From NCBI RefSeq assembly GCF_018350175.1, contig NC_058368.1:96598001-96662000 (forward strand): DNA of 64,000 bases. The letters are read 5' to 3'. Below the pieces are notes generated by a model. It saw only the letters and a program-made list of their open reading frames with translations, was not told the DNA's origin and made no database searches. This stretch comes from Felis catus. Lineage: Eukaryota. Every line of letters begins with the position of its first letter. Positions within the stretch are counted from its first letter, which is position 1. Positions 25,284 to 37,517 of this stretch are shown one piece after another. The position numbers and the translations under genes are program-made.

Positions 25284-26660
25284 CAAGGTACAATACATGG
25301 GAAGGATAACTAGACATTCTAGACATTCTTGCTCAAAGAGGAAGAAAATGGAAGGCAGAGGGCTGTTACTACTTCAGAGAAATTCTGAAAGCCAGCCTGC
25401 AAAACATTGGAAATCCCTTGAGTTAGGTCTCAAGATCTAGAAATAATTTTCCATAGCTCTTGGCTCTACCGGCTGGACTCTCATTTCTGCCCCCACATCA
25501 TCTTTCCTTTTTCATGAAAAGTATCATGCGTTGGTGGCTAACCAGCTTTCTCAGCACTCTTCTTGCCAGTAGAATTCTGAAGTCTGAGGATCTTTCCTCA
25601 GTCCTAACATTTTGTCTCTCTCAGTCCAAGATGGTGGGTATTCCTACAGCATTTCTTAAATTTCTTAAAGGGTCTCCTTGGAATTCTCTTGGATTGCACT
25701 CTATTAAAAGCTATAGTGAAAAATGTCTTTGAGAGAAGCTTTCCACAAAAATCTCTGTTATTTGAGAAGATCGTGAGAAACACCTTTATTCTCCTTAGAA
25801 AGCCTTTTGCCTATATAACATGGTGTTATACCAACTTAGATCTTTCAGAGATTAAAAAAAGAAGTATTTTAAAGTTGCACCTTTGACTTCATTTTGGAAT
25901 ATGTCTTTCTGGCTAAGCCCTGGATGTGATCCTTGCTTGGAAGCCATTTCTTAATTAAGCCTTATTTGTCATCTATAAAAGCTGAGGAGTTTCAAAACCT
26001 CAACTTCTGACTCCTTACATTTAATAATCTTTCCCTCAATTTAACTCTTGCCTCTTAGCAAAATTAGACATCACTTTTACCATTTTGCTTGGAAATAATC
26101 CTAGCTAGATGGTTCAGTTCATCAGGCACATTTTCTACTCTTCATGTTATTGCAGACAACAGTGTTCTTAAGTTTCTGCCACCAAATAACAAGTAACCCC
26201 TTTCCTCCAGCTTCCAATAACATTTACCTCCTCCTGCGAGCCCCTGAGAGCAACCTTATCAAAGAACATGAGTTTTCTATTAAAAACTTCTTTAGGGGTG
26301 CCTAGGTGGCTGAGTCAGTTAAACATCCGACTGCAGCTCCATTCATGATTCAGCTCAGGTCATGGCCTCTCTGCTCGTGGGTTTAAGCCCTGCCTCAGGC
26401 TCTGTGTTGACAGCTCAGAGCGTGGAGACTGTTTATGATTCTGTGTCTCCCTCTCTCTCTGCCTGTGCCCTGCTCATGCTCTTTCTGTCTCTCTCAAAAA
26501 TAAACATTAAAAATAAGTAAATAAAAACACAAAAACTTCTTTAATTCACATAATACCTTCACTAGCATTCTCTTCAAAGCCTACTGCTTCTTTTGAAAAT
26601 GCTCCCACATTTCAAGTTCCTGGTTTAGCAGCCCCTCACTTCCAGGTACAAAAATCTGGT
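24745..26660 (-). mobile_element. MLT1 LTR plus MaLR internal region remnant
   Basis: LTR motifs gggcctctccacggagctgc and ggaagtgacatcc; internal ttcctccagcttccaataaca; int/LTR boundary cagcccctcacttccaggtacaaaaatctg. Confidence 0.75.
26295..26530 (+). mobile_element. Can-SINE
   Basis: TSD aaaaacttcttta. Confidence 0.95.
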
Positions 26661-27044
26661 AGGTTGTGTGTTTTGTGTTGTTGATGGTGAGCAGAAATCT
26701 TTTATTAGTTTTGATATATTTATCAAATGCTTTCAGAGTGCTATACTGTTGCAGGCATTGTTTGTACCAATTGGATTAGGAAGAAAACAATCCACATTCT
26801 AGTGACATTTCAGTCTGAGGAGCCCTGAAGAATAAATAATTATTACATATAGGCTTAAATATCTCTTTTCATAAAAGAAGGGCAATAACACCCGGTTGGA
26901 TTGATCAAATGAAATAATATATATGAAAACATAATGCTGTGCCCTTCTCAGGTGAACTTAATTGTAACTAACGGGTTTTTTAAGGAGTGCTACCCCTCTG
27001 GCTTTCCTACTCCAAGAACCAGTATTCTGATTTTAAAAAAAAAT

Positions 27045-27508
27045 CTGTTTTAATTATGTTTCTGTATAAAACAAATTATTCCACAAATTTACAATTTAAA
27101 ATAACAGATATTTATTACTTCTGTGGCTTAGGAATCTGGATGATATAGTTTAGCTGGGTATTCATGGCTCAGGGCCACCTCAAGGTCACTATTGGTTCTG
27201 GCTTCAGTCTCATCTGAAGTCTCAATTAGGAGACCTTCTTGCTTACACACTTACTGGCTTACCTCTCTGGAGGGCTCCCTCATGAATGGCAAATGACTTT
27301 TTTCTAAGACAAGCAATCCAAGAGACAATACCCAAAATAGAAGCCACAATTTTTGTAACCTAATCTTAGAAATGACAACCCATCACTTTTGCCATAATTT
27401 ATCCATCAGAAGCAAGCCCATCCCACACAAAAGAAGAAAGAATTACGTAAGGAGGAATACCAGGAGATAGAGACCATTTGGGACCATCTTAAGAGGCTAC
27501 CTACTACA
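27045..27508 (-). mobile_element. MLT1 (F/G/H-like) LTR
   Basis: ttctgtggcttaggaatctgg, catcacttttgccata, ggaccatcttaagaggctacctactaca end. Confidence 0.8.
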
Positions 27509-27980
27509 AGAACTCACAGAGCTTCACAAATGGTTTTTTCACCAAGAAACAGATTTATATTTTAATTCAACTGATACCATCAGTACGAGGTTTGAAGAGA
27601 TGTATTATAGCACAATGAGTCAAAAAGTAAAGCTTTATAAAACAGTAAAAATACCAAACAAGAAATAGTCCAAATAATAAATAGATTATAATTTTCAAAA
27701 AATATGGGGTATAAAAAAAACCCATCTATTTGATCTTGACATAGAAATATTCTTAGTCATGTAGTACAGTTTTAATGATACATGATTACTTTTTCTTCAT
27801 ACAGGGCCAATTATATATGATTCTGAAAACTAACACTTGCAGATTATAATATGTTAAAAAAAATTCCTCCCTCACAAATTTTAAAATCAATATATATATA
27901 CTGAAAAATGAAGACTTAATTATATTTATAGATATTTTTTAAACATTATCAAACTTTAAATATAAAAAGTCATTAATGTT

Positions 27981-28160
27981 GGGGTGCCTGAGTGGCTAAG
28001 TCAGTCAAGCATCTGACTTTGGCCCAGGTCATGATCTCACAGTTTGTGAGTTCAAGCCCTATGTCAGGCTTTCTGCTGTCAACACAGAGCCCACCTCAGA
28101 TCCTCTGTTCCCCTCTCTCTGCTCCTTCCCCACTGATTCTCTCTCTCTAAATAAACTTTT
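27981..28160 (+). mobile_element. Can-SINE (1 of 3 in tandem)
   Basis: ggggtgcctg head, CT-rich body, aataaa. Confidence 0.95.
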
Positions 28161-28178
28161 AAAAATGTGATTACTGTA

Positions 28179-28398
28179 GGGGGTGTCTCAGTGTCTCAGT
28201 TGGTTAAGCGTCTTACTTGAGCTCAGATCATGATCTCTTGGCTTATGAGTTTGAGCCCACATTGGGCTCTGTGCTGACAGCTCAGAACCTGTAGCCTACT
28301 TTACATTTTGTGTTTTCCTCTCTCACCCCCCCGCCCCCGCTCATGTTCTGTCTCTCTCAAAAATAAATATTAAAAACAAAATTTATTTAAAAAAAAAA
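28179..28398 (+). mobile_element. Can-SINE (2 of 3)
   Basis: Head, gctctgtgctgacagctcaga, A tail. Confidence 0.95.
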
Positions 28399-28403
28399 GG
28401 ATG

Positions 28404-28578
28404 AGGGACACCTGGGTGGCTTAGTTGGTTAAGCATTGACTTTGACTCAAGCCATGATCTTGGGGTTTATGAGTTTGAGCCCCGCGTCGGGCTCCTTGCT
28501 GACAGCTCAGAGCCTAGAGCCTGCTTAGAATTCTGTCTGTCTGTCTCTCTCTCTCTCTCTGCCCCTCCTCCACTTGTG

Positions 28579-28609
<31 letters not shown>

Positions 28610-28637
28610 AAAAATAAAGAAAAGTAAAAAAAATTTA
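28404..28637 (+). mobile_element. Can-SINE (3 of 3)
   Basis: cacctgggtggcttagttggttaag head, CT-rich body, A tail. Confidence 0.95.
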
Positions 28638-29171
28638 AAAATGTCATTAATGTAAAGCATAAAGTTAGAAGTGATAAAGTATAATCTTTTCCTTTATTCT
28701 AATAGTGGTGAACCCAATACCGATACTTTTAATTAAGCATGTAACAGAGAGTTAAATATATTGTTTAAAATGATGACGAGAGCAATAAAATAAACAAAAT
28801 AAAAATACAATAAAATTTGTGTGGAAGGGAGATTAAAAAGTATATAAAGGACATCAGTTTACTCATTTCTGAAGATAGGAGTTTGAATATATTTTCTAAC
28901 GTGATAAATCAAGCAAAAGAACTGTAAATATATTGTTTTATGATTATGATGAAAAATGCAGCCAAAAATGCTTACGAAGGATATGGAGATGAAATTAGGA
29001 AAGCTGGCAGTGGTAAGATTTACTTTTCACTCAACACCATTAAAACATGTTTATATTGTTTTGTACATGTCTATGTATTTTTTATAGGTAATCTGAAAAT
29101 AAACACAAAAAGTGGGTGTTACTTCTAACATCCAGAAGTACCTCGAGAAACTGCTTAGCTTTTAACCCTCT

Positions 29172-29680
29172 GGTGTATCTAGTCTCCAAAGATGGCCTCC
29201 AATGGGCTTGCTGGTAGTCCCCTCAACAAGAATCTGGTTTGACTCTTTGCCTCCTGTCTAACAGAATATGACAGAAGCAATGTCCTATGACTTCCATGGC
29301 TAAGTCATGAAAAGTCTTGCAGCTTCTGCATAGATTTATGGAAACTCTGTCTCTGGGAAACCAACAAGGATGTAAGCTGTCTGACTTACCTCAGACTATC
29401 ATGCTGTGAGGAAACCCAAGCAAGGCATGTGGCAAAGTCACAAGGAGAAAGAGAGGCTCAGCCATTCCTCCACCTGAAGTGTGAGACATGATAAAGAAGG
29501 GACTATCATGTCCCTCTGGTCCAGTTGAGGCTTCAGACGTCTCCAACGCCACCAGGAGAAAATACAAGTGGAAACTTCCCTGCTGTTCCTAGTCAACCAG
29601 GACAACCAAGGGAATTAGTTAATATTTTAAGCTACTAAGTTGTGAGCCATTCACAACTCATCACCCAGAAACAGATAACC
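29172..29680 (+). mobile_element. MLT1E/F-like LTR
   Basis: ctccaaagatggcctccaatg, atgctgtgaggaaacccaagc, ttttaagctactaagtt. Confidence 0.8.
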
Positions 29681-31157
29681 AAATTTTAATCCAATTTTGC
29701 TTTGTACACGTTGAATCAGAAGAATAAAAATCCACAGCACTATTTTAATGGCCCTGGGCATCAGGTTATGACAATGAATGCGTTATGCCTACCAAAGGCA
29801 TCGCTGCCACCAGGGCGTGTAAGTTGAGGTGGTTTGCAAGTGACCCTTTCTTGGGCACGGTACTGGCGGAACAAGTCAACACATTCATCTTTCCTGTCAT
29901 CTTCCTTAAGCTGCAACTTACTGTTCCCTTTTGGTGGATTAATTCTTTCTTTGGTTGTTAACGTGGTCACTCATTAGAACAGAGGCACACTCTATTACTG
30001 AGTCTTGTTTCTTTCTGGTCTAGAGAAGGCTTGATCTTTGAAATAATGTCATCTTGCCCTAGCAAGCCTCTAACTTCAGGTATCATACGTCAATTTTGTG
30101 CCTTACCCTCAGAGTTTAAGAGTTTTTTGCTGGGATACTAAGTATCATCACTAGTGATATTAAAGCATCCATCCCAGGTTCTGACTTTAGACACTGAAAG
30201 TTAAACACTTCATCTCTGAAATGGAAACAAAGCAAAACAAAGAAAAATAAATGTCATATTCACAGCAGTATCAGGGAATTTAAGTAAATGGGCCAACTCA
30301 AATAGATAAATCTCCAATGTAAATTTGAAAAGACGTAAGGTTTTATTCAGTCAAAAATAATATAAAGTTCCATTAAAACAAAACTGTTGTTTCTTAAAGG
30401 TACTTATTTTATGGATCCCTAGTGTGAAATAATTCATTAAAGCATGGAGTGGAGAATCTGTTTTGAAATATTTTTATTTCACTATTCAGGGCAACGTACT
30501 TCATTTATTTGAAACCAGGGAATTTGGCCATTAAAAAGATGTAAAGCACCACATGATGTTTACAATACAGTATTCATTAACCTCAAATTCAATTATTGCG
30601 ATAGAGATAAATTGGTACTGCAACTGTGACTCTGTATTTCCTGACTTAACCGTAATCACCCAGGAACATCCTCTCACAGGAAAGCAATCCTGAAGTATCA
30701 CCCACAAAGTACCAAGTTCACTAGGCTTGGCTTTTTGTTTGCTTTGCTCTCCCTGTGTGACATTCCACAGCACGTTGGTCACGTAATCCGGTGATACCTG
30801 GATGAAGAGGTATGGCGCATCCTCAACCTGGGGCATTTCACAGTTCTCGGATCTAAGGAAACACCTTACCCTGTCTACCCCAGGAAAGGAGGGTACAGAG
30901 AATGAACCAGCTTAGCATATTCCTTTTTCCCAACACTTCTTTGGAGGAAAAGACAAAATCCAAGGAAGAAAGTTGGTGCCAGAGGATTTAAGTCATTCCA
31001 AAGGGTCTTTGCCCCCCCACCCCCCAGAATCCAGCACAATAGAAAGATTAGAGGTGATGCCATAATGCACCAAACCCAAGGTCTTTATCACCTTGGATCA
31101 TAGCTATAAGTTCCTGAGAGCACCACTAGGATCCCAAAGTTTCCCCTCGTTAGAAGT

Positions 31158-31320
31158 TCATTCATTCATTTCTTCATGTATTAACTCAAAAAAATAATTT
31201 TGAGAAACTACTATATACTAGGCACTGTTTTAGATGCTGGAGATAAAAGAGTGAACAAGATAGAGCGTTTGCCATTAAAGAGTAAACAGCTTAGCAAGGG
31301 TTATAAGCAAGTGAACACTC
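31158..31320 (-). mobile_element. L2 3' end
   Basis: ttcattcattcatt...actactatatactaggcactgttttagatgctggagata. Confidence 0.75.
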
Positions 31321-31641
31321 TATTACAACCCAGGGAGGGTTAAGGGTGCAGATACAAAATAGTTTTAGTGGATAAAGGACAAAATATTCGAGAGTTACCT
31401 GAAAAAAAGTTGCTACAGTGATAACATCAGATCATATATTCTAACATCAGAATAGATTTAGAAATGATTTAGACAAACTCTTATTATTTTTTCAGGTGAA
31501 GAGATTCATATGGTTCACACATCTCTGTCTCCTGCCCCATAAAAGCATCTTCACACATTTTATTCCCTCTGCCTAAAATGTTCTTAAATTCCATTTCTTC
31601 TTTACTTACCTACTTACAGGATTCAACATCTATTGTCTAGA

Positions 31642-31797
31642 ATATATATATGTATGTATAATATGTATGTATAAATGTATGTATGTATGTATATATATGT
31701 ATGTGTGTATCTATATATCTGCACACATATATAATATATAATATATAATATATAATATATAATATATAATATATAATATATAATATATAATATATAT
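31642..31797. repeat. AT-rich compound microsatellite (tatg)n/(ataat)n
   Basis: Read directly. Confidence 0.95.
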
Positions 31798-33257
31798 TAA
31801 AAACCTCCTTGTAAGTGCTCTCCCTGTGTTCTCCCCTTGCTCCAGCCAGTTCTCTTTAACACTGACATCTATGATCAAGTTTGGTCGCATGATTTTCCTG
31901 CTTTAACATATTTCTAGTGTCTTAACTAACCAAAGGATGAAACTAAAACTAGGAGCTTTATGCATAATGCCCTTACTTCAGTTAAATGTACTCAGTGTTC
32001 ATCTATCGATTCATTGATTCATCCATCCATTCATCCATCCATCCATCCATGTACTTCAAAAGCATGAATTTGAGTGTGTAGGCTCCCTGTAGGCACTGGC
32101 AACAGATAGATAACATGAAGTTTCTATCCTGGAGATGTATTTGCTTCAATGACTTCAAAATATTTCTTCAGCTTCACCTCTCTCCAACTCCCAGTAATCT
32201 GATATACACACATACACCCACATCCTGTTTTCCAGCCATGATAACTTTCTCCTGTGTCCCCAAATACTCCTTCATGATGCTTCACCCGTTCATATGTTGT
32301 TTCATCTCCTGGGATATAGTTGCTTTTACCCCCTAGGGAATATCATAAAAATCTAGATTATATGTAACCTCTGAAAATCCAGCTCATATATGGCACCTGT
32401 ATGAGCTGGATATTGTTGTATTTAGGACTATTTTACAGTGAGCGCATTTCTACTCTGCCTCGATTTCTCCATTTATACAATGTGCCTAGGGCTAACTATG
32501 TCCTAAATCAGCCAGAGTTCTACATTCGTTTCTTCTCTTCGTTCTTTGTTCAAATTATTAACTCTACCCCTAATATTCTGTCTTATGCAGTCCCTTCCTT
32601 CCTCCAACATGCTTACTCTTCCTTCCCATCAGAGTCGGCACAAGATTCAGCACAAAGAACAGGATCTGTAAAAATATGTCAAATGAATGATTTGATATCA
32701 TTAAAAGTTTTCCTGTGGAGTTTCAACTGTACTCTGTGGGAAATTAAAGTGTACCTTCTGACTTTGCCTTCAAATACCCCATCTAATAACAAGAAAAGAT
32801 GTGAAAAGAGTCCCTTATAAAAATAAACAGGGATGAAAGGGGTAGAGGTCTTATCTGTGTAACCCATATTTAATAGAAAACCTTACATTCTAAACAAGAA
32901 CATACTTTCTAGATAAATCTTTGAACCCAGCAATTTTTAAGTCCAATTTGATTACAACTGCATTCTTCAGTTTAGTGGCAGGTTTTGAATTTGTTATTCA
33001 ATTTACCTTGTAGAAAACATCAGGAAAGTTTCACATATCTATAAATAGAATTCTCTGAGGAGAAAGGGGCTTTCAGAAAGATGTAACTGTATTTTACAAG
33101 CCAGCACAAACCGCTTAAGGGAAATTCATTAAAATTTATTTGTAACTTCTCAAAGAGCTCTTGCTTTGAAAGCAATTAATTTTACCTCAAAAAAATCCTT
33201 CAGTTATTTTTTTTTCTAATTTCACTTAACATTTCCATCCTGAGTGGAAGCTGTCTA

Positions 33258-33447
33258 GGGCAATGCTCTGTGATAGTGTTCTGGGATGACAGTGATGCTC
33301 TTTATGCTAATTAGTTGTGTTTGTTAAATAGGTGAACTATGGCTATAGTAATCAAGAAACTGCATGTTTAAATTACTTAATTCTAATAAATTTAAATTTA
33401 TATATAAATAACCACATGTGACTATTGGCTGTCATACTGAAGAGCAA
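33258..33447. mobile_element. MER3/MER33-like hAT MITE
   Basis: aaatttaaattta...aaataaccacatgtgactattggctgtcatactg. Confidence 0.7.
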
Positions 33448-33859
33448 AGATCTAGGAAATACTCTCTTTCTCCAAATCTCTCAACTTCAGTCAGATGCCA
33501 TCTTTGGGTATCATTTACCAAAATGATAAACCAACAGGAGCCTTCCAAGATGAAAAGTACTGTGTATCATATTCAGCATACTCTAGAAGGATCTGTTTAT
33601 TTTTGATCCTATCTCGTTTCAAAAATAATCAGAGGTACCTTTATTTAAATACGTAAGTTTTATCTTGCTACAGATAATATAAATTTATATAACAGACCTG
33701 CTGCCCAATGACTTATCAATTCAGGAAAAACTTACTATTGTAATATTACTTCTCATCTATCTAGCAGAACAGTAAATTGAAATATGTATGTATCAAATTT
33801 GCAACTATGAAAAAGGTTATGCCTTAAAGACTCATAATACCATGGCAGCCTATGATTGG

Positions 33860-35400
33860 GAAATTGACTCAAGGAAGGAAAAACATGAGGCATGAGACAG
33901 ACTTACATTAACCAAAGAGGAATGGGGCTGGGATGGGTAAAAGCATTCCAGACAGAGGAAACACCATGTGGAAAAGCCCTGGGGTGGGCAGGATCATAAT
34001 CACTACAAGGAAATGATAAAGTGCACAGTGGCTCTTAGGACCCAGACAATGCAGGACGTTGGGGGCCATTTGAAGGAGTCTTCTCTCCTCATTGCTGATG
34101 GTACCACAAAGCCATTGAAAAGATTTTTAGCACTGGAAAGATCTTTGACTTCAGTGTACTGGAGTTCAGTATCAGAACTTATTTTTGCAGGGAAACTAGT
34201 TAGGGGGTTATTTCAGAAGTGTAAGAAAGGTGTGCTAGGTACCTTGAACTTCAATGTTGGCGGTGGCATAAAGAAAAGTAGACAGACCGTTCCAGAGATG
34301 TGATGAGGAAGCATAAGGCAAGCTGATACCCACAAACACTCCCCACCGCCTGGTGGAGGTGGGGGGGTGGATATGTGTGATATTCCTCTGGCACTCCTGG
34401 CTGCCCAAGAACAAAGGAAAGGGGAAAACAAAGGGTTAACTGATAGAGGTCACAGTCACGAAGGACAGGGGTCTCCATTAGTTTACAAATTTCCTAGTAA
34501 ATTACAAGAAAAGGCAAACTTACCAATAGCCTACCCTCCAGAAACCCATAGACTCAGTTTCCTGGAGCCCTAACATCTATCCTCCTCCATAGAGATGTGG
34601 GGAACAAAGGCAAGGAGGAAATGTAAATAGCGTGAAATTTCCTTATGACCTGCTGCCCATTGACAAATACTTGAGGCAAATACAGTGTTACATTTCTGCA
34701 GAAACTCCCTTTGGTCTTAATGTCTTACTGAAGGGAAAACAATGTTTGCTAGATAACAGCAAGGCCTCTGGCTTCTTATGAGTCCCACTTAGTACATGAA
34801 AGTCCTTCTGGAGGCCTCCTTTTGTCTCTACCTCCCCCAACTCCATAGTATATCACCAGTCATTCTCCACAACCCCAGTGCAGCTCCTTCTGCCCAAGGG
34901 TCCTGTCCCTGTGCTTTAATAAAATCACTCTTTTTGAACCAAAGACATCTCAAGAATTCTTTCTTGGCCATCAGCTCCAGACCCCCACCACTCCAAAACC
35001 CCATCAGATGGATACACAAACTACACTAAAGGAAGGATAAGCATCAGGACAACTTTTCCCTGGCTGGGAAACTGGCAAAACTGTGGCATTATTTACTGAA
35101 AGACGATCGTGATATTGTTTTACCGCACTGGAGGACAGGGAGAGAAATAATGGGTAAAATGGTGAAGTTCCACCATGAGATTTCTAAAAGATGGATAAAC
35201 ATATTAGCTTTGCACTCAGAATCAAGAAGGGAACAAGAGATAATAATGAGTGAACCAGTGGTGAATTGGTAGAAATTAAGAAATGGACAAAATTGCCTAT
35301 AGGGCAAGAAATGGAGATGGTCTTCAACCCTGTGAAAATCTGTGTTCAATGGCTAGTTAGAAGATGAATCTCAAACATCTAAACAAGTCATTGAAAGGTA
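33860..35400 (-). mobile_element. L2 fragment split by an ERV LTR
   Basis: agcattccagacagaggaaacaccatgtggaaaagccctgggg; L2-like purine-rich sequence resumes after 35010. Confidence 0.6.
34301..35006 (+). mobile_element. ERV1-type solo LTR (carnivore family)
   Basis: Termini tgatg...catca, 4-bp TSD gatg, aataaa at 34918-34923. Confidence 0.92.
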
Positions 35401-36819
35401 GAAAGCAAAGCCCAGGAGGCTACTGTTTCACAAAAGCCGATGGAGAAAACTGTATACATTTCCTACCTAACACACAAGATGTGAGATCGTTTAAAGGTGC
35501 ACTTTTTTTTTCTGTTAACAAACAGGGATAAAATAAAAGTAAATTGAACCAGAATAACGCAAGGGTGAAAAAATAAAATAACTCTGGGAGGAGGCCATTT
35601 TTCATTTTACAGAGTTGTTTATAGAGCTATTCACTTGCTAAATATAGATAACAGATTTGGTTCTGAGTTTCTGGGTCTCCTACAGCATTTTCTCACGTGT
35701 AAAATAGGGACAAAATGGTAACTCTCTCACAGTGCTACTGAGAAGTAAATGAGTTAGTGCCCATCAAGCATGCATAGACTCGGCAGCTGGTCCAGGGTAA
35801 TCGTGGTGACGGAATGCCACAAGGCTGGAACAGGGGTCAGGGGGCTAGCAGGTAGGCGGTCTCAGTATTCATCATAAAACATATTGTGTGTGCTATCTTC
35901 CTCCAAGGAAAGAAAATCTATTGGTGCTTCTCTTTGTATTTCCAGTGCCTGATACACTGCCTGGAACGTAGCAGATTCAGTGATGCTGTTTAATTAAAAT
36001 GCCCCTCAAATGCTGCTTTGGGTTTGTTTCCCTATAATTTAAAAATATCTGCTCTGAAATTACAAAAAGGGATTGGCAATGATGAATGAACTAGTGATTT
36101 ATTTTGGATACGGGTGTGAACGTTTATTCATAAATGAGTATGCTTTTACAAATTACAATCCGTTGATAACGATGAAGCATAGCCTATTAGGTAAGTATTT
36201 CACATTCACTAATTTGTTCTTTCTCGGGGGCCGTGCACAGAGGAGGTAAAGTCTTTGTACCAGTGCAAAATCCTGAAAATGACCCTACATCATTTTCTGA
36301 AGACAGCCAATTATATAATTGCTCAACTAATGCAGAATTGTGTTTTTAATTCGTGTTCCAAGTTAATGTCCCTAAGAACAACTTTTCCAGATTATCAGGT
36401 CAGAGATACCCAGTAATTTTACATCCCCTCCTGCATACCCACTAGACTCCACACCTATTCTCCTTCTTCAGTGATGTCCTTCTGGTGAAAAGTTGGCGGC
36501 TTAATGAGAAGAAACCCATGGCCATCATTCAAACCACCTTAGGCTTTAGCGATCTGTAGGAACCTAACCATCACAAAGCAAATCCCCTGACGGCTGTACT
36601 TTTGTTGCAAAGTATGAAAGCAGCCAACCTAAGCTACAATCAGCTGATCTGTGAATACTGATAGAAAATTCAGCACAATACTGGGTAGAAAAAATGACCT
36701 GAAACTTTCAACTAAAAATGTTAATGTCATCATTTATTATTTACACTACTGTAAGTACTTTGCAGGTATTATGAAATTTTATTTTAAATAAATCTAAAAG
36801 TTAGACACTGAAGGATAAC

Positions 36820-37517
36820 TGATGGGGTTTTGGGGGTGATGGGGGGGGGTCCAGAGCTGTGGGCCAGGAAATAATTCTTGACATGCCTTTGGTGCTAAAA
36901 AGTGATTTTATTAAAGCACATGACAGGATCCATAGGCAGAAGTTGCTGCACTGGAGTTGTGAAGGACGACTGGTTACACACCAGTATAGTCAAAAGGGAA
37001 GTTTCCAAAGAGAATTTTATATGCTAAAGAAGCCTCACAGGATGCTAGAGACCTAGCTATTGTCAAACAAAAGTTGCTTTTCCCTCTAGCAAAGCGTTAA
37101 CATTAAGATAGCATGGAATTCCTGAAAAAATGTTTTACCCTGTCAGCCTCTAGTATCTGTCAATGAGCGGCAGGTTATAAGTAAGTTTAATTTTACCTGC
37201 CATTTCCTTCTTGCCTTTGTTCCCCATATCACTATGGAGGGGTGATGTTGGGGCTCCGGGAAACGGAGTCTGTAGGTTTCTGGAGATCAGGCTATTGGTA
37301 AGATTGCCTTTTACTTGGAATTTGCTAATAAATTTGTAAACGGATGGACACTCATGTCCTGCAAGACTGTAATGTCTGTCAGTTAACCCTGTGTTTTCAT
37401 TCCTTTGTTCTTGAGCAGCCGGGAGTCCCCAAGGAATATCACACATATCCCACCAGTGGTCCAGGGGATAATGCTAGCTTGTGCTTGGCCCTCAGCTTGC
37501 CTTATGGTCCCTCATCA
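36820..37517 (-). mobile_element. ERV1-type solo LTR, same family as 34301-35006, inserted in a MIR-like sequence
   Basis: Termini tgatg...catca, 4-bp TSD taac; reverse complement aligns by eye with the first LTR (ggatatgtgtgatattcct, gtgctttaataaaatcact). Confidence 0.92.

Noticed and set aside
29800..29822. CTCF-like ccaccagggcgtg (a similar one near 56490)
   Set aside because: Mismatches in the core GGC half; cannot be supported without a PWM scan.
34301..37517. The two LTRs as one provirus or as transposon terminal inverted repeats
   Set aside because: Opposite orientation, different TSDs, and no gag/pol or transposase sequence between them.
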